This document shows positions 63,357 through 64,000 of a stretch of DNA of 64,000 nt, in pieces (positions within the stretch are counted from its first letter, which is position 1; every line of letters starts with the position of its first letter). The notes under the pieces are model-generated. The model worked only from the letters and a program-made list of their open reading frames with translations, had not been told where the DNA came from and searched no databases. Origin of the DNA: an uncultured delta proteobacterium (GTDB lineage Bacteria > Desulfobacterota > Binatia > Bin18). Where the stretch lies: assembly GCA_963733195.1 (NCBI GenBank), contig CAVTCR010000045.1, positions 1 to 64,000 on the forward strand. Reading direction: 5' to 3'. Both the position numbers and the translations under genes were made by a program.

Positions 63357-64000
63357 TTAAAACTCCCAGCTCAGCTGTGCATGGGGCTCAGGAACGTAGG
63401 AACAAAATGTGCCGGTCTTGATGGTTTGGGTGAAATACTGCCCGAGGGCGGGATGCACCTCCGCGACTCGGGTAATTGCTGTACGAATGGCACGAGTGAC
63501 GTTCACACGTGCACGCTCCTGCGGTGAGGCGGATTTGCGGGCTCGGCCTCTGAGTCCTACCGCGCCCGCTAACTCTTGCGTCACGAACTCAAGTTCGTCT
63601 TGCAGCTTTTCTACCCGACCGACATCGTTAAACTCGCGCGCTTCTTCGAGTTCGGCCTGTAGCTCGGTCAGGCGCTGGCGGTACGCCGCTTTGGCTTGCG
63701 GATCGAGCACTTCACCAGCATCGGTAAAGCCAGCGATATGTACAGTTGCCGTTGCTGGGTCTCGGGTCTCATCAACAAGACTGATCCCCGTCAGGGAACT
63801 TGTGTTGAGGTCAGGCGTATCGGCAGCGAGAGCAAGGGCGGAAAACTCTTGGTCAGGGTGTTGGAGCAAATGGGCGAGGTACTGCATGCCGCGCGTATCT
63901 TTGATGCGGGCGACTGTTCCGTGAAACACCAGCGTCCAATACTCGCCTTCGGAACGGAAGGTGTTGGGAGCTAGGGGTTGGGGGTTGGGTGCTAGGGAGG
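63357..64000 (-). CDS. C-terminal putative winged-helix domain of an AAA/STAND-type regulator (partial, runs off window)
   Basis: FRSEGEYWTLVF..RGMQYLAHLL.HP..ERARVNVTRAIR..TIKTGTFCSYVP..WEF*; same terminus as the 35485 ATPase relic. Confidence 0.75.
   Translation of the reverse strand, partial: SLAPNPQPLAPNTFRSEGEYWTLVFHGTVARIKDTRGMQYLAHLLQHPDQEFSALALAADTPDLNTSSLTGISLVDETRDPATATVHIAGFTDAGEVLDPQAKAAYRQRLTELQAELEEAREFNDVGRVEKLQDELEFVTQELAGAVGLRGRARKSASPQERARVNVTRAIRTAITRVAEVHPALGQYFTQTIKTGTFCSYVPEPHAQLSWEF

Overview
Bacterial genomic DNA of roughly 55% GC (estimated by eye). The gene content (DUF1329, LLM oxidoreductases, thiolase/DUF35, APH-like kinase, AAA_16 regulators) suggests Candidatus Binatia or a related deltaproteobacterium; this is inference. 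Housekeeping and metabolic genes: mutS-mutL, sppA, folD, ispG, Zn-ADH, CoA-transferase, Mo-oxidoreductase, hydrolases and MFS transporters. Three accessory zones stand out. (1) 19.0-23.3 kb: an IS1/IS1-MITE composite element inserted into a long palindrome, carrying PIN-domain and Argonaute remnants, an intact higBA and a nested IS982. (2) 30.8-38.3 kb: an AAA_16/STAND-like regulator gene split by an ISNCY element that itself contains an IS1380, followed by relics and a PP2C phosphatase. (3) 57-64 kb: the 3' end of a paralogous regulator, hicAB, a secreted metzincin-like protein and three tandem small secreted paralogs plus a partner gene. The best candidate for an undescribed system is a four-copy promoter/operator motif (18-bp palindrome, half-site, TTTGTYACGCCTT) found in two sequence variants, each downstream of its own regulator paralog. 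Mosaic 7-8-mer repeat tracts and REP-like palindromes fill many intergenic gaps. Many ordinary genes carry single frameshifts, most likely long-read assembly errors. No rRNA, tRNA or CRISPR array was seen. All family calls are by motif recognition, not database search.
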